A stretch of DNA of 64,000 bases, taken from assembly GCA_963798915.1 (NCBI GenBank), contig CAWCVB010000001.1, positions 64,001-128,000 on the forward strand. The letters are read 5' to 3'. The stretch is from an uncultured Gemmatimonadales bacterium. Lineage in GTDB: Bacteria; Gemmatimonadota; Gemmatimonadetes; Gemmatimonadales; GWC2-71-9. The notes beneath the pieces are model-generated. The model saw only the letters and a program-made list of their open reading frames with translations. It was not told where the DNA came from and did no database searches. This document shows, piece by piece, positions 20,177 through 28,926 of this stretch; the first letter of the stretch is position 1; each line of letters begins with the position of its first letter. The position numbers and the translations under genes were made by a program.

Positions 20177-21625
20177 ATGTACCGTATCGAGCTTCGCGCC
20201 GGCGAGGAAGCCAGCTACAACACCTTCGATGAGTTCGCCAGCGCGGTCAGAAGTGGCGTGATCGGTGCCAACGCCAAAGTCTGGCACGGTGCGTCCTCCA
20301 AGTGGCTGCCGGTCACGGTCCATCCCCATTACAAGCGGGCCCATGCGGCGCCCGCTCCGACTGCTCCGGCCCCGACTCCGGTGACAACGCCAGCCGTGGA
20401 AACACCCAGGCCGGCAGCCAGCGCACCTCACGCCCGATTCGCGCCGCCAGCGCCCGTTGCAACTGCACCCTCGGGTGACCTCGAATTCCTGGAAGTGCCC
20501 GATCTGCTTCCGCGCGCACCCCGTGCGGTGGCCGGTTCGCTCTTTGGTCCTCAGCCCGCCACGCCGCGTCACATCGAGGCACTGGTGGCAGCCGCTGACC
20601 TGGTGCCCGCACCGGAGCTGGCAGCACAGCAAGAGGACGAGATCCTCATCGACATCAGCCGGCCCCGGCTGCTCCGACTCAATTGGAACTTCAATTGGCG
20701 CATCAACTGGCGCATCAACTGGCGCGTGGCCGGCATGGCAGCGGGCATTCTGGCCGTAGCCGGGATCAGCGCCATTGTGCTCACCCGCACACCCAAGCCC
20801 GACACCGTGGAGGCATCGGACTCCACGTCGATGGCCTCGACTTCGCTCGCCGCCACGCCGAGCAGCAGTTTTGAAGTGTCGGCACCGGCGGTGGTGCCGA
20901 ACGTGGGCAGTGGTGCCAGCACAGCAGCGGATGAACCCACTGCATACATGGACATGCCGGTCATTCCCGAGGGGCCGGCCACGACCGCAACGGACACCAC
21001 CAGAGTGCTGCCTGCCGCGCCGCGACTGGGTGCACTGAAAGCCGGTCCGGTGACCGCGACCGGTTCATCGCCTGCTGCACTGGGCGCGCGGTACAGCGCA
21101 GCCCACGATGCAGCCGAAGCCGCCCTCGAGAACCGGCTGCGCGGAAGCGGCATCGCCGCACTGTTCAGCGACGCCCGCCTGGCCTCGGGCAGCGTCAGCG
21201 ACAGCCGCCTTGCCGTCTCCGGCATCGCCAATTACATCCGCACCTTCCGGATGCAGGATGCCGCCATCGAGAGCGCCTACCGGGACAGCGCGGCGCAGCT
21301 GGATGCCAAATGGAATGATGCCGACGCTGCCGCGTGGGCGGCGCTCATGACCCGCGGCGAAAGCAGCCAGGCCGCCCGGGCAACCGACCAGCTGCTCTCC
21401 GATGTGTCGTCGCTGCTCGGCGTGCTGGAGGAACAGGCCGGTGCCTACGCGCTCGCGGGCGGGAAGGTCACCTTCCGCGATGCCGGCGCAACGCTCCGCT
21501 ACAGCAACCTGCGTCGCCGGGTGGCCGACCGGCTGGCGGCGGGAGACTCGGCATCGCCGGTCGCCGCAGCGCTGCGCAGGGTAATCGGATCCGGGCTTCC
21601 GCCAGTCGAGACCTTCTCGGAGTAG
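20177..21625 (+). CDS. Hypothetical membrane protein, paralog of 10143-11444
   Basis: MYRIELRAGEEASYNTFDEFASAVRSGVI...KWLPVTVHPHY; single TM; shared C-domain. Confidence 0.7.
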   Translation: MYRIELRAGEEASYNTFDEFASAVRSGVIGANAKVWHGASSKWLPVTVHPHYKRAHAAPAPTAPAPTPVTTPAVETPRPAASAPHARFAPPAPVATAPSGDLEFLEVPDLLPRAPRAVAGSLFGPQPATPRHIEALVAAADLVPAPELAAQQEDEILIDISRPRLLRLNWNFNWRINWRINWRVAGMAAGILAVAGISAIVLTRTPKPDTVEASDSTSMASTSLAATPSSSFEVSAPAVVPNVGSGASTAADEPTAYMDMPVIPEGPATTATDTTRVLPAAPRLGALKAGPVTATGSSPAALGARYSAAHDAAEAALENRLRGSGIAALFSDARLASGSVSDSRLAVSGIANYIRTFRMQDAAIESAYRDSAAQLDAKWNDADAAAWAALMTRGESSQAARATDQLLSDVSSLLGVLEEQAGAYALAGGKVTFRDAGATLRYSNLRRRVADRLAAGDSASPVAAALRRVIGSGLPPVETFSE

Positions 21626-21700
21626 CCGAACGGACTCTTGCGCAAACGCGTCATCCTTCCTACGGTATAACTACCTAACTCTTTCATTGTCAACGACTTG

Positions 21701-21762
21701 TGTTGACAACTCGGTGGAAAACCAGCCCCCGCCCGTGGAAAAGGCGGGGAGCTGGTGGATAA
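21701..21762 (-). promoter_or_regulatory. Cluster of DnaA-box-like 9-mers
   Basis: Minus-strand TTTTCCACC (21713-21721), TTTTCCACG (21734-21742), TTATCCACC (21754-21762) and a weaker TTGTCAACA (21701-21709). Confidence 0.5.
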
Positions 21763-21792
21763 CCGGGCTTTCTTCGTCACTGCGCGGGGACG

Positions 21793-22659
21793 ATGCCGGG
21801 ACGCAGAACCGAACCGATGCGCGACCACCTGGCGCTGGCCGCTCCACCGCCCTCCTGGATCGAACCGATGCAGGCGGTGGCTGGCGATCCGCCAGCCAGT
21901 TCAGGTGCCTGGCTCTGGGAGCCGCGCGTGAAGGGACTGCGATGCCTGGCGTTCGTCCTCGACGGGCAGGCGCAACTCCGATCAGCCAGCGGCACGCTGC
22001 TCAACTCCATGCTGCCCGCCCTGTCAGTGCTTCTTCCGGCCTTGGTGCGGGGGAATGCGGTCCTCGACGGCGTCTTCGCGAGGGGAGTGCTTCACCTGTT
22101 CGACTGCCTGCATTACGAGGGAGTGTCGCTTGAGCCACTCCCCCTGACGGACCGGAGAGCAGTGCTGCGGGATGCGGTCTGGTTTGACGATGCCGTGCGC
22201 TGCGTTCCCGTCTGCCGCTCTCCGGGCGGCGCAAGCGCACAAGGACACCAGAGCGCGGGCCTGGTCGCCAAGCGCGCCGACAGCAGGTACCTGAGCGGCC
22301 CATCGCGCGACTGGCTCGATGTCGCAAACGCGCAAGCCAGCACCTTCCTCATCGGCGGCTACGTCCATCAGTCATCGAGCGATGTCCCAGAAGCACTGCT
22401 GATCGGTGTGAACCAGGGCGGCCGGTTGACGTATGCGGGCCGCGTGGCCCGCGCGTGCGAACCGGGAGCATTCGATCAAGTCGGTGGCCTGCTGCGGAGA
22501 CTCCGGCGGAGAACCACGCCATTTGACAGTGCGGTGCCGCAGGGTGAGAACATCCAGTGGACCGCGCCCGCGCTGGTCGCGCAGATCGGCTTTGCCGACT
22601 GGACCCGCGGTGGCCTTCTGCGGCAGCCGCGATTTATTGGGCTGAAGGCTGAAGGTTGA
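21793..22659 (+). CDS. LigD/LigC-type ATP-dependent DNA ligase-like protein, catalytic residues substituted
   Basis: AVLDG, FDCLHYEG..L..LPL..RR, GLVAKRADSRY, FLIGGY, YAGRV, WTRGGLLRQPRFIGL; the motif I Lys is absent. Confidence 0.75.
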   Translation: MPGRRTEPMRDHLALAAPPPSWIEPMQAVAGDPPASSGAWLWEPRVKGLRCLAFVLDGQAQLRSASGTLLNSMLPALSVLLPALVRGNAVLDGVFARGVLHLFDCLHYEGVSLEPLPLTDRRAVLRDAVWFDDAVRCVPVCRSPGGASAQGHQSAGLVAKRADSRYLSGPSRDWLDVANAQASTFLIGGYVHQSSSDVPEALLIGVNQGGRLTYAGRVARACEPGAFDQVGGLLRRLRRRTTPFDSAVPQGENIQWTAPALVAQIGFADWTRGGLLRQPRFIGLKAEG

Positions 22660-22692
22660 GGGCTGCAGGCTGAGTGCCGGAAAAGGGAGGAA

Positions 22693-22717
22693 GAACGGGC
22701 GCCTGGAGCGCCCGTTC
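22693..22717. terminator. Putative intrinsic terminator hairpin between convergent genes
   Basis: gaacgggcgc-ctgga-gcgcccgttc, with a pyrimidine-rich tail on the minus strand. Confidence 0.4.
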
Positions 22718-22900
22718 CCGCGAGATATGTAGAAAAGATGGGATGTATTGAGGGACTATCATGACAAGCAGCAAATCGAGCTGGCATCCGGCCGCCTGAC
22801 GGGGGGTCAGTGGCATTCTCGGATCTCTCGCGCGTCACGCCCGCTCACCGCCTGCCAAGGTCCAAGATATCCTGCGCCTGACCAGCATCTGTGCGATGGA

Positions 22901-23983
22901 TCACACTCTCCGAAGTATCGCGCTCATCACATCCAGCAGCTGGTCCAGATGCGCCAGGGTGAGGTCCCCCATGTGGCCGATCCGGACATGCCCTTGCCTC
23001 AGCGGAGGCAGGCCCGCTGCGATCCGGAAGCCCTCATTCGCCACCGAGGCGATAAACCACTCGGCATCCAGGCGGTCATCCAGGCGGAGCACGGATACGG
23101 TGGGAGACCGGCAGCCGTCCGGCGCCAGCAGCGTGACCCGCTCCTCGCCAGCGCTCCATTCCGCCACCCGGTCCGCCATCTCCTGGTGCCGTGCAAAGCG
23201 CGGCTCCAGCCCGCCCTCCTTCTCAATGCGCCGCAACTGTTCGGCCAGGGCATAGAGCTGCGGCAACGCCGGCGTCTGAGTCGGGAAGTGCTCGCGGGTG
23301 GCCCGCTCGAGCCGTTCGAAATCGCCATACCAGCCGCGATACGAGAAGTGGCGCGCTCGTGCCATGAGGCGGGGCGACGCGACGCCCAAGGCAAGTCCCG
23401 GCGGGAGGCCCAGAGCCTTCTGGCTGGCGGTGAAGACAAAATCGAGATGATGCAGGTCTGACGAGAGCGGAACGGCACCGACGGACGAAACGGCATCGAC
23501 CAGTGTCACGACATCGGCACGGGCACGGACAACCGCCGAGAGCTCGGCGAGCGGCGCGAGGACCCCGGTGGAGGTCTCCGAGTGCACGATGGAGACGGCA
23601 TCGATCGGTGGGCCCTGCAGGAAACGCTCGAGATGTTCCGGTGTGAGCGTGCCGCCGGGCGGGACGATGGCGCGCACCACATGACGACCGCAGGACTCAG
23701 CGACCCGCGCGAAACGCTCACCAAAGAAGCCGCCGACCACGGCGAGCATCCGCTCGCGCACACCATTCCGCACCGCCGCTTCCATGAAGCCGGTGCCGGA
23801 GCAGGTCCCGATCAGGACCGGCCTGACCGAGCCGAAGAGACGCCGCAGCGGCGCCTCCATTTCCTCCAGCAGTGCGCCCATGCCAGGCCAGCCGATGGTA
23901 GGGCCAAGCATGGCGTGGCGAAGGTCGGGGTGCACATCGACTGGGCCGGGCAGGAAGCTGCGGCCGAACGGCATGGAACTCAT
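22901..23983 (-). CDS. Class V aminotransferase (alanine/serine-glyoxylate type)
   Basis: FLPGP, SGTGFMEAA, HSETSTG, DAVSS, SQKALGLPPG, RIGHMG. Confidence 0.88.
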   Translation of the reverse strand: MSSMPFGRSFLPGPVDVHPDLRHAMLGPTIGWPGMGALLEEMEAPLRRLFGSVRPVLIGTCSGTGFMEAAVRNGVRERMLAVVGGFFGERFARVAESCGRHVVRAIVPPGGTLTPEHLERFLQGPPIDAVSIVHSETSTGVLAPLAELSAVVRARADVVTLVDAVSSVGAVPLSSDLHHLDFVFTASQKALGLPPGLALGVASPRLMARARHFSYRGWYGDFERLERATREHFPTQTPALPQLYALAEQLRRIEKEGGLEPRFARHQEMADRVAEWSAGEERVTLLAPDGCRSPTVSVLRLDDRLDAEWFIASVANEGFRIAAGLPPLRQGHVRIGHMGDLTLAHLDQLLDVMSAILRRV

Positions 23984-24627
23984 TCGATGATCGAACCCGC
24001 CAGCACGTCCTCGACCCTGATCATCCGCACGCCGCGTTCCTTCCATTCCTCGAGCAGGGGAGCCACCGCGTCGGGGTCAATGGCCCTGGCGGCGTCCGTC
24101 ACGAACCAGATGCTGGCCTCCGGCTGGTGCTGCAGGAGTCCCTCGATGGCGTAACGGTCACACACATCGAGGGCCACGCCGTAGAGCACGATCTGGACCG
24201 GCTGCAGCGTGTCCAGCAGGACTCCGATGTTCGCATTGGTGAATACGTCGAACCAGTGCTTGAGCAGGAGAAAGTCGCCATCGTGCGCCGCCACCCGGGC
24301 GGCGAAACTCGCCGGCTCTTCCGGCTCCGGCGGGATGATGAGCGGGTTACGAAGCGTCGTCTCCGGGATCTTGGCCTGCCCGGGCGTGCCGTGCATGCAG
24401 TGCAGCGGAAAGGTGGTCCGAAAATCGGGCTCGGCACTCAGCTCCCGATGGCCGGGCTCGTGATCGTCGGCGCTGGCAACGATGGGAATCCGGGCCTGAT
24501 GGGCATGATCGGTGAGCTGCTTGAGCTGCGGGATGATGCTCTCGCTGTCCGGCACATAGAGGCTGCCGTCCTGCCGCATGAAATCGTACTGGGTATCGAC
24601 GTCCCAGAAAAGGAGCTCAGTAGACAT
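23980..24627 (-). CDS. pncA: Nicotinamidase / isochorismatase-family cysteine hydrolase
   Basis: DVDTQYDF, FPLHC, YGVALDVC; co-transcribed with the NAPRTase. Confidence 0.7.
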   Translation of the reverse strand: MSTELLFWDVDTQYDFMRQDGSLYVPDSESIIPQLKQLTDHAHQARIPIVASADDHEPGHRELSAEPDFRTTFPLHCMHGTPGQAKIPETTLRNPLIIPPEPEEPASFAARVAAHDGDFLLLKHWFDVFTNANIGVLLDTLQPVQIVLYGVALDVCDRYAIEGLLQHQPEASIWFVTDAARAIDPDAVAPLLEEWKERGVRMIRVEDVLAGSIIE

Positions 24628-24636
24628 GAATGGAAG

Positions 24637-25704
24637 TTACAGCACTCGCTCCAGCCTCGGGTTGGGGAGGTACTCCCGTCCCACCTTGGCACAGGGTTCG
24701 CCGTTGACGAGCACGACGTCAGCGGTAAAGTCGAATCTCCCCTGAAAGAGCGAAGAACCGACGCCGTAGGCATCCACCGGCACCCGGGCCGATTCGAACT
24801 GCTGGATCTTCTCGACTGTAAAGCCGCCCGACACGACGATCCGCACGCCGCTGAAGCCGGCGGTATTCAGCGCGGCCCGCACGTTGTGTACCAGCTGCGG
24901 CGTCACGCCGGTGGGCTTGAAATGCCCCATCTGTGGCAGCACCGAGCGGTCCACCAGCATTTCGCTGGTGTCGAGCCGGACGCCGTAGAGTCGCTCGCCC
25001 AGCTCGCGGGCCACCGCCAGCGAGGTCGCCACGCAATCATTGTCGAAGTCCACCAGCGTGATCAATCGCACGTCGGGGTCGCTGTAGTCGGCAAACTTGC
25101 GGGTGGCTCGCACGGTGTCACCACCGTAGGCGGCGATGAGCGCGTGAGGCACGGTGCCGATGCCGCTGCTGCCCCACCACGACGCCTGGGCATCGGTGGA
25201 AACGCCGATGGCGCCGGCAATGTGGGCCGCATAACCATCGCCGGTCTGCACCAGCCAGTGGTCGTGGCGCGCCGGGAAGAACATCACTTCCTTGGGCGCA
25301 GCGGCCTCGACCACGCGGCGAGTGTTGCTGCCGACCCGGGTGCGCCGCGCCAGCACGCCCAGATACAGGGTCTCCAGGTGAGCAAAGGCGTCGTAGGGTC
25401 CTTCGATGAGGAGGATCGTCTCCCAGGGCACGATCTCGTCGCCATCGTAGAGCGCGTGCACGGTGAGCGCATCCCAGTCGGTGGAACAGAGCTTCAGGAT
25501 GGCAATGGCTTCGTCGATGCCGCCGAGAAAGGCGTGCTGCTTGCCGAACACCTGCATGGTGACGTGGGGGTGATACGTGTCCGCCAGCAAGATCTCGCGC
25601 GCCCGCACGAAGTATTTGTCCGAGTAGTACCCGTCCCGCATCTTGTCCACGGGCAGGTTGAAGATCTCGGGATCGAGCCGAGGACGACGTGGCATGTGGG
25701 CCAT
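24637..25704 (-). CDS. pncB: Nicotinate phosphoribosyltransferase (QAPRTase-like short form)
   Basis: SDKYF, FFPARHDH, GTVPHALI, VRLDTS, VSGGF, YGVGS, DFTADVV. Confidence 0.8.
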   Translation of the reverse strand: MAHMPRRPRLDPEIFNLPVDKMRDGYYSDKYFVRAREILLADTYHPHVTMQVFGKQHAFLGGIDEAIAILKLCSTDWDALTVHALYDGDEIVPWETILLIEGPYDAFAHLETLYLGVLARRTRVGSNTRRVVEAAAPKEVMFFPARHDHWLVQTGDGYAAHIAGAIGVSTDAQASWWGSSGIGTVPHALIAAYGGDTVRATRKFADYSDPDVRLITLVDFDNDCVATSLAVARELGERLYGVRLDTSEMLVDRSVLPQMGHFKPTGVTPQLVHNVRAALNTAGFSGVRIVVSGGFTVEKIQQFESARVPVDAYGVGSSLFQGRFDFTADVVLVNGEPCAKVGREYLPNPRLERVL

Positions 25705-25851
25705 GGGTCGCGAGTCATGGGTCGTGAGCTGGAGTGCTCCAATCTAAGGGGAGGCGAACAGACGGACAGTGGTCGACGGTCGACGGTCGACGGTCGACGA
25801 TTCAATGCAGGGACACGGCATGCTGCCCCCTCCCTTTTGTCATCCCGAACA

Positions 25852-25908
25852 CTCAGGCAGTGTCGCCGCAGGCGACATGAGCCGAGCAGGGGCTCTCAGC
25901 CCCGTGAG
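25852..25908. repeat. Dispersed hairpin repeat (family C), copy of 9857-9913
   Basis: tgtcgcc-gca-ggcgaca hairpin plus gccgagcag..gctctcagcc.cgtgag. Confidence 0.8.
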
Positions 25909-26000
25909 GCCGCCGAGCTCACCAACCAATTGACTTCCTTCCGGAACCCGAATAAATCCCCCATCCTTCCTGTCCCGTCCATTGCGGAGGCTCGACGCCA

Positions 26001-27047
26001 GTGACCGACCGACTTTCACGCCGGACCTTCATCGGGACCGCTGGCGCCGTGGCCGCGGCGGCCGCGGTGCCTGGTGCCGCGCTCGCGGCCATGCCCTCCC
26101 CGGCGATCATCCGCCCGGGCGCGAGCCGGTTTGCCGCCGTCTCCTCCGGCAATGGACTGCGCGCCGTCCAGAAAGCGTTTGACCTCTCCTCGCAGGGCGC
26201 CGACACGCTGGACGCGGCCGTCGAGGGCGTCAAGATCCAGGAGCTCGACCCCCGCGACCAGTCGGTCGGCTACGGCGGCTTTCCCAACGAGGACGGCGTG
26301 GTGCAGCTCGATGCCTCGTGCATGCACGGCCCCACACGGCGGGCCGGAGCGGTGGGCGCCATCGAGGGCATCAAGACGCCAAGTGAGGTGGCACGTCTGG
26401 TCCTCAAGTACACCAATCACATCATGCTGGTGGGCGAAGGCGCCAAGCGGTTTGCCCTGTCGTACGGCTTCAAGGAAGAGGAGCTGCTCACGCCCGAGAC
26501 GCGGGAGGCCTGGCTCAACTGGCGCGCCAATCGCGGCGGCAAGGATGACTGGCTGGACGTGCCCGATGCCGAGAAGATGGTGCACCGCCCCACCGGCACC
26601 ATCAATCTCGATATCGTCGACACCAAGGGGGACCTTTCCTCGATCACGACCACCAGTGGAACGGCCTTCAAGATTCCGGGCCGGGTCGGCGACTCTCCGC
26701 TGATCGGTGCCGGGCAGTACTGCGACAATGCGATCGGTGCGGCGGGTTCGACTGGCCGGGGCGAATCCAACATCATGGCATGCGGCGCATTCCTCACGGT
26801 GGAGGAGATGCGGCGCGGCGCCAAGCCGACCGACGCCTGCATGGCGACCCTGAAGCGGGTGCTGGCCCTCACGCCACCCCGCCTGCTCACGTCCGACGGG
26901 CGCCCCGATTTCGGCCTCACCTTCTACGCCGTCAACAAGCGGGGCGATTTCGGGGCAGCGTCATTTTATCCCGTGCGCTACGCCGCACACGATGGCCGGG
27001 AAGGCGCGCTCCGCGATGCCGCCACCATGTACGAGGGCGGTCCGTGA
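26001..27047 (+). CDS. N(4)-(beta-N-acetylglucosaminyl)-L-asparaginase family Ntn hydrolase, Tat-exported
   Basis: SRRTFI Tat motif; SVGYGG, LDASCM, GTI nucleophile, GRVGDSPLIGAG, TGRGE. Confidence 0.9.
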   Translation: MTDRLSRRTFIGTAGAVAAAAAVPGAALAAMPSPAIIRPGASRFAAVSSGNGLRAVQKAFDLSSQGADTLDAAVEGVKIQELDPRDQSVGYGGFPNEDGVVQLDASCMHGPTRRAGAVGAIEGIKTPSEVARLVLKYTNHIMLVGEGAKRFALSYGFKEEELLTPETREAWLNWRANRGGKDDWLDVPDAEKMVHRPTGTINLDIVDTKGDLSSITTTSGTAFKIPGRVGDSPLIGAGQYCDNAIGAAGSTGRGESNIMACGAFLTVEEMRRGAKPTDACMATLKRVLALTPPRLLTSDGRPDFGLTFYAVNKRGDFGAASFYPVRYAAHDGREGALRDAATMYEGGP

Positions 27048-28219
27048 CGCGAACCGCCCGGCTCGGCGCGCTGCTGATAGTGCTGTGCGCCGCTCACAGG
27101 GTGGATGCGCAGGATTCGGTGGTCCCGCTCCCCGTCCCGGCCGACACCATGGCAGTGCAGCAGTCGCCCTGGCTGCTGAGCTATTTCCCCTATGTCGCCG
27201 GCGGGGCCGGTGGCGGCCCCGTGCTGATCGGACGGATCCGCTATTTCCAGCCGGCCACATGGCAGAACCGGGTAACCTATCGCGAGGCCGTGGCAGTCGA
27301 GGCCGGCATCGGCCTGCACGGCTCGCACCTCGCCCGGGTGGTCGCGAACGCCCCGCTGCTTGCGCCTGGCTGGCGCGCCACCGCCCGGCTGAGCGCGGTC
27401 CGAAACACCCGGGCCAGGTTCTACGGGCTGGGCAACGACACCGAGCGAAGCGACGCTCGGCTGGCCGCCGATGAATTTGCCTACCAGAACCACCACACCA
27501 GCTACGCCGGCGAGGCGGAACTTTCCCGGCGCATCACGGGTCCGTTCTGGGCCGCAGCCGGCGGTGGCGTTGCCCACGACCGCTTCTATTCCCTGTCGGA
27601 CGGCTCGGAATTCGCCACCGCGTTTGGCAGCCAGCTCACCAGCACCGACGTGCACGGCAAGCTCGAGCTGGTGCTCGATACCCGTGACACCGAATGGGAC
27701 CCGATGCGCGGCGTGGTCGCCGAGGCGGGCGTGGAACAGGGTTCGGGTGGCGATGGATACACCCGGCTGTTCGGGGCCGTGCGCGGCTACTACGACATCT
27801 TGCCTGGCACCGTGTTCGCCGCGCGAGTGGCCGCCTCCGACCTGCACGGTTCCCCGCCGCTTGCCGCGCTCCTCCAGCTCCCCACCTGGGAATCCCCTCT
27901 TGGCGTGTACGGCGGCAGCCACACCAACCGTGGCCTGGATCGGCACCGGCTGATCGGCACCGGCGTGCTCATGGGAAGCGCTGAAGTGCGCCAGCATCTG
28001 ACGACGATCAAGAACGCGGTGGGCATCGGTCTGGTTGGCTTTGTGGATGCCGGGCGAGTTTTCGAGGGCGAGCGTCTGCGGCTCACGACCGACGACCTTG
28101 CCGTGTCAGGGGGCGGCGGTGTGGTGCTTCGGATCCTGCGCGCCAACATGGTGGTCTTCAACCTGGCCGCTGGCCCGGACGGGGCCCGGTTCAGCGCCTC
28201 CGGGGGCTGGGCGTTTTAG
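27044..28219 (+). CDS. Omp85/BamA-TamA family outer-membrane beta-barrel
   Basis: Signal peptide; FYGLGN, DTRD, NRG...R, FVDAGRVF, terminal F. Confidence 0.75.
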   Translation: MTRTARLGALLIVLCAAHRVDAQDSVVPLPVPADTMAVQQSPWLLSYFPYVAGGAGGGPVLIGRIRYFQPATWQNRVTYREAVAVEAGIGLHGSHLARVVANAPLLAPGWRATARLSAVRNTRARFYGLGNDTERSDARLAADEFAYQNHHTSYAGEAELSRRITGPFWAAAGGGVAHDRFYSLSDGSEFATAFGSQLTSTDVHGKLELVLDTRDTEWDPMRGVVAEAGVEQGSGGDGYTRLFGAVRGYYDILPGTVFAARVAASDLHGSPPLAALLQLPTWESPLGVYGGSHTNRGLDRHRLIGTGVLMGSAEVRQHLTTIKNAVGIGLVGFVDAGRVFEGERLRLTTDDLAVSGGGGVVLRILRANMVVFNLAAGPDGARFSASGGWAF

Positions 28220-28355
28220 AAGGCGGGAAGTCGGGAAGGCGGGAAGCCATTCTCTTCACCTTGCGTTCACGATTTCTTCCCCATGGCCGGGCCATTTTGT
28301 CACCATGGCAAGCTGTGTGACAGACCTCGCCTTTCCGGCGCTCTGGGCATCGGCC

Positions 28356-28832
28356 ATGGAGTTTGACCGCTTCGTGGACGAGGCATCCACCCGGCAGGAC
28401 CTCTGGCGGGCGGTGTATCGGCTGGCGCGGATCCCGGATTGGGCGCTGGATGAAGCCCGGGAACGGGCCGGCCTGCACCTGCTGGTGCTGGCAGAAGACT
28501 GGTGCGGTGACGCGTTCAACAGCATCCCGGTGCTTGCCCGCCTGGCCGACCTGTCCGGTCACATCGACCTGCGGCTTCTCCGCCGCGACGAGCACCCTGA
28601 CCTGATGGACCGCTACCTGACCGACGGAACCCGGTCGATTCCGATTGTCATCGTGCTGGATGAGGAATTTCGAGAGCTGGGACACTGGGGACCGAGGCCG
28701 TCCGAACTGCAGTGCTGGGCGCTGGAGCATGCCTCGATGCCGAAGGACGAAAGTTACCCGCTGATTCGTCGGTGGTATGCGCGGGACAAGGGTGAGACGA
28801 TGTTGCGGGAGGTGTTGGGGGTTAGGGGTTAG
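28356..28832 (+). CDS. Thioredoxin-family protein (WCGD type)
   Basis: LAEDWCGDA, RSIP, WGPRP. Confidence 0.85.
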   Translation: MEFDRFVDEASTRQDLWRAVYRLARIPDWALDEARERAGLHLLVLAEDWCGDAFNSIPVLARLADLSGHIDLRLLRRDEHPDLMDRYLTDGTRSIPIVIVLDEEFRELGHWGPRPSELQCWALEHASMPKDESYPLIRRWYARDKGETMLREVLGVRG

Positions 28833-28926
28833 GGATTGGGGAATAGGGCAGAGGGATTAGGGATAGGGGTTGGGCGGCGCGTCAACCCTGGCCCCTAACC
28901 CCCCAATTCCTAACCCCTATACCCTA
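28817..28926. repeat. Inverted heptamer runs (TAGGGGT-like / ACCCCTA-like) between convergent genes
   Basis: ggggttaggggttagggattgggg...cccctaaccccccaattcctaacccctatacccta. Confidence 0.75.

Noticed and set aside
21660..21765. Calling this oriC
   Set aside because: There is no dnaA/dnaN nearby and no clear AT-rich unwinding element, and skew cannot be assessed. Kept only as a DnaA-box-like cluster.
22748..22900. Small ORF or sRNA between the pseudo-ligase and the aminotransferase
   Set aside because: Only a 12-codon ORF follows a GAGGGA, and there is no other support.
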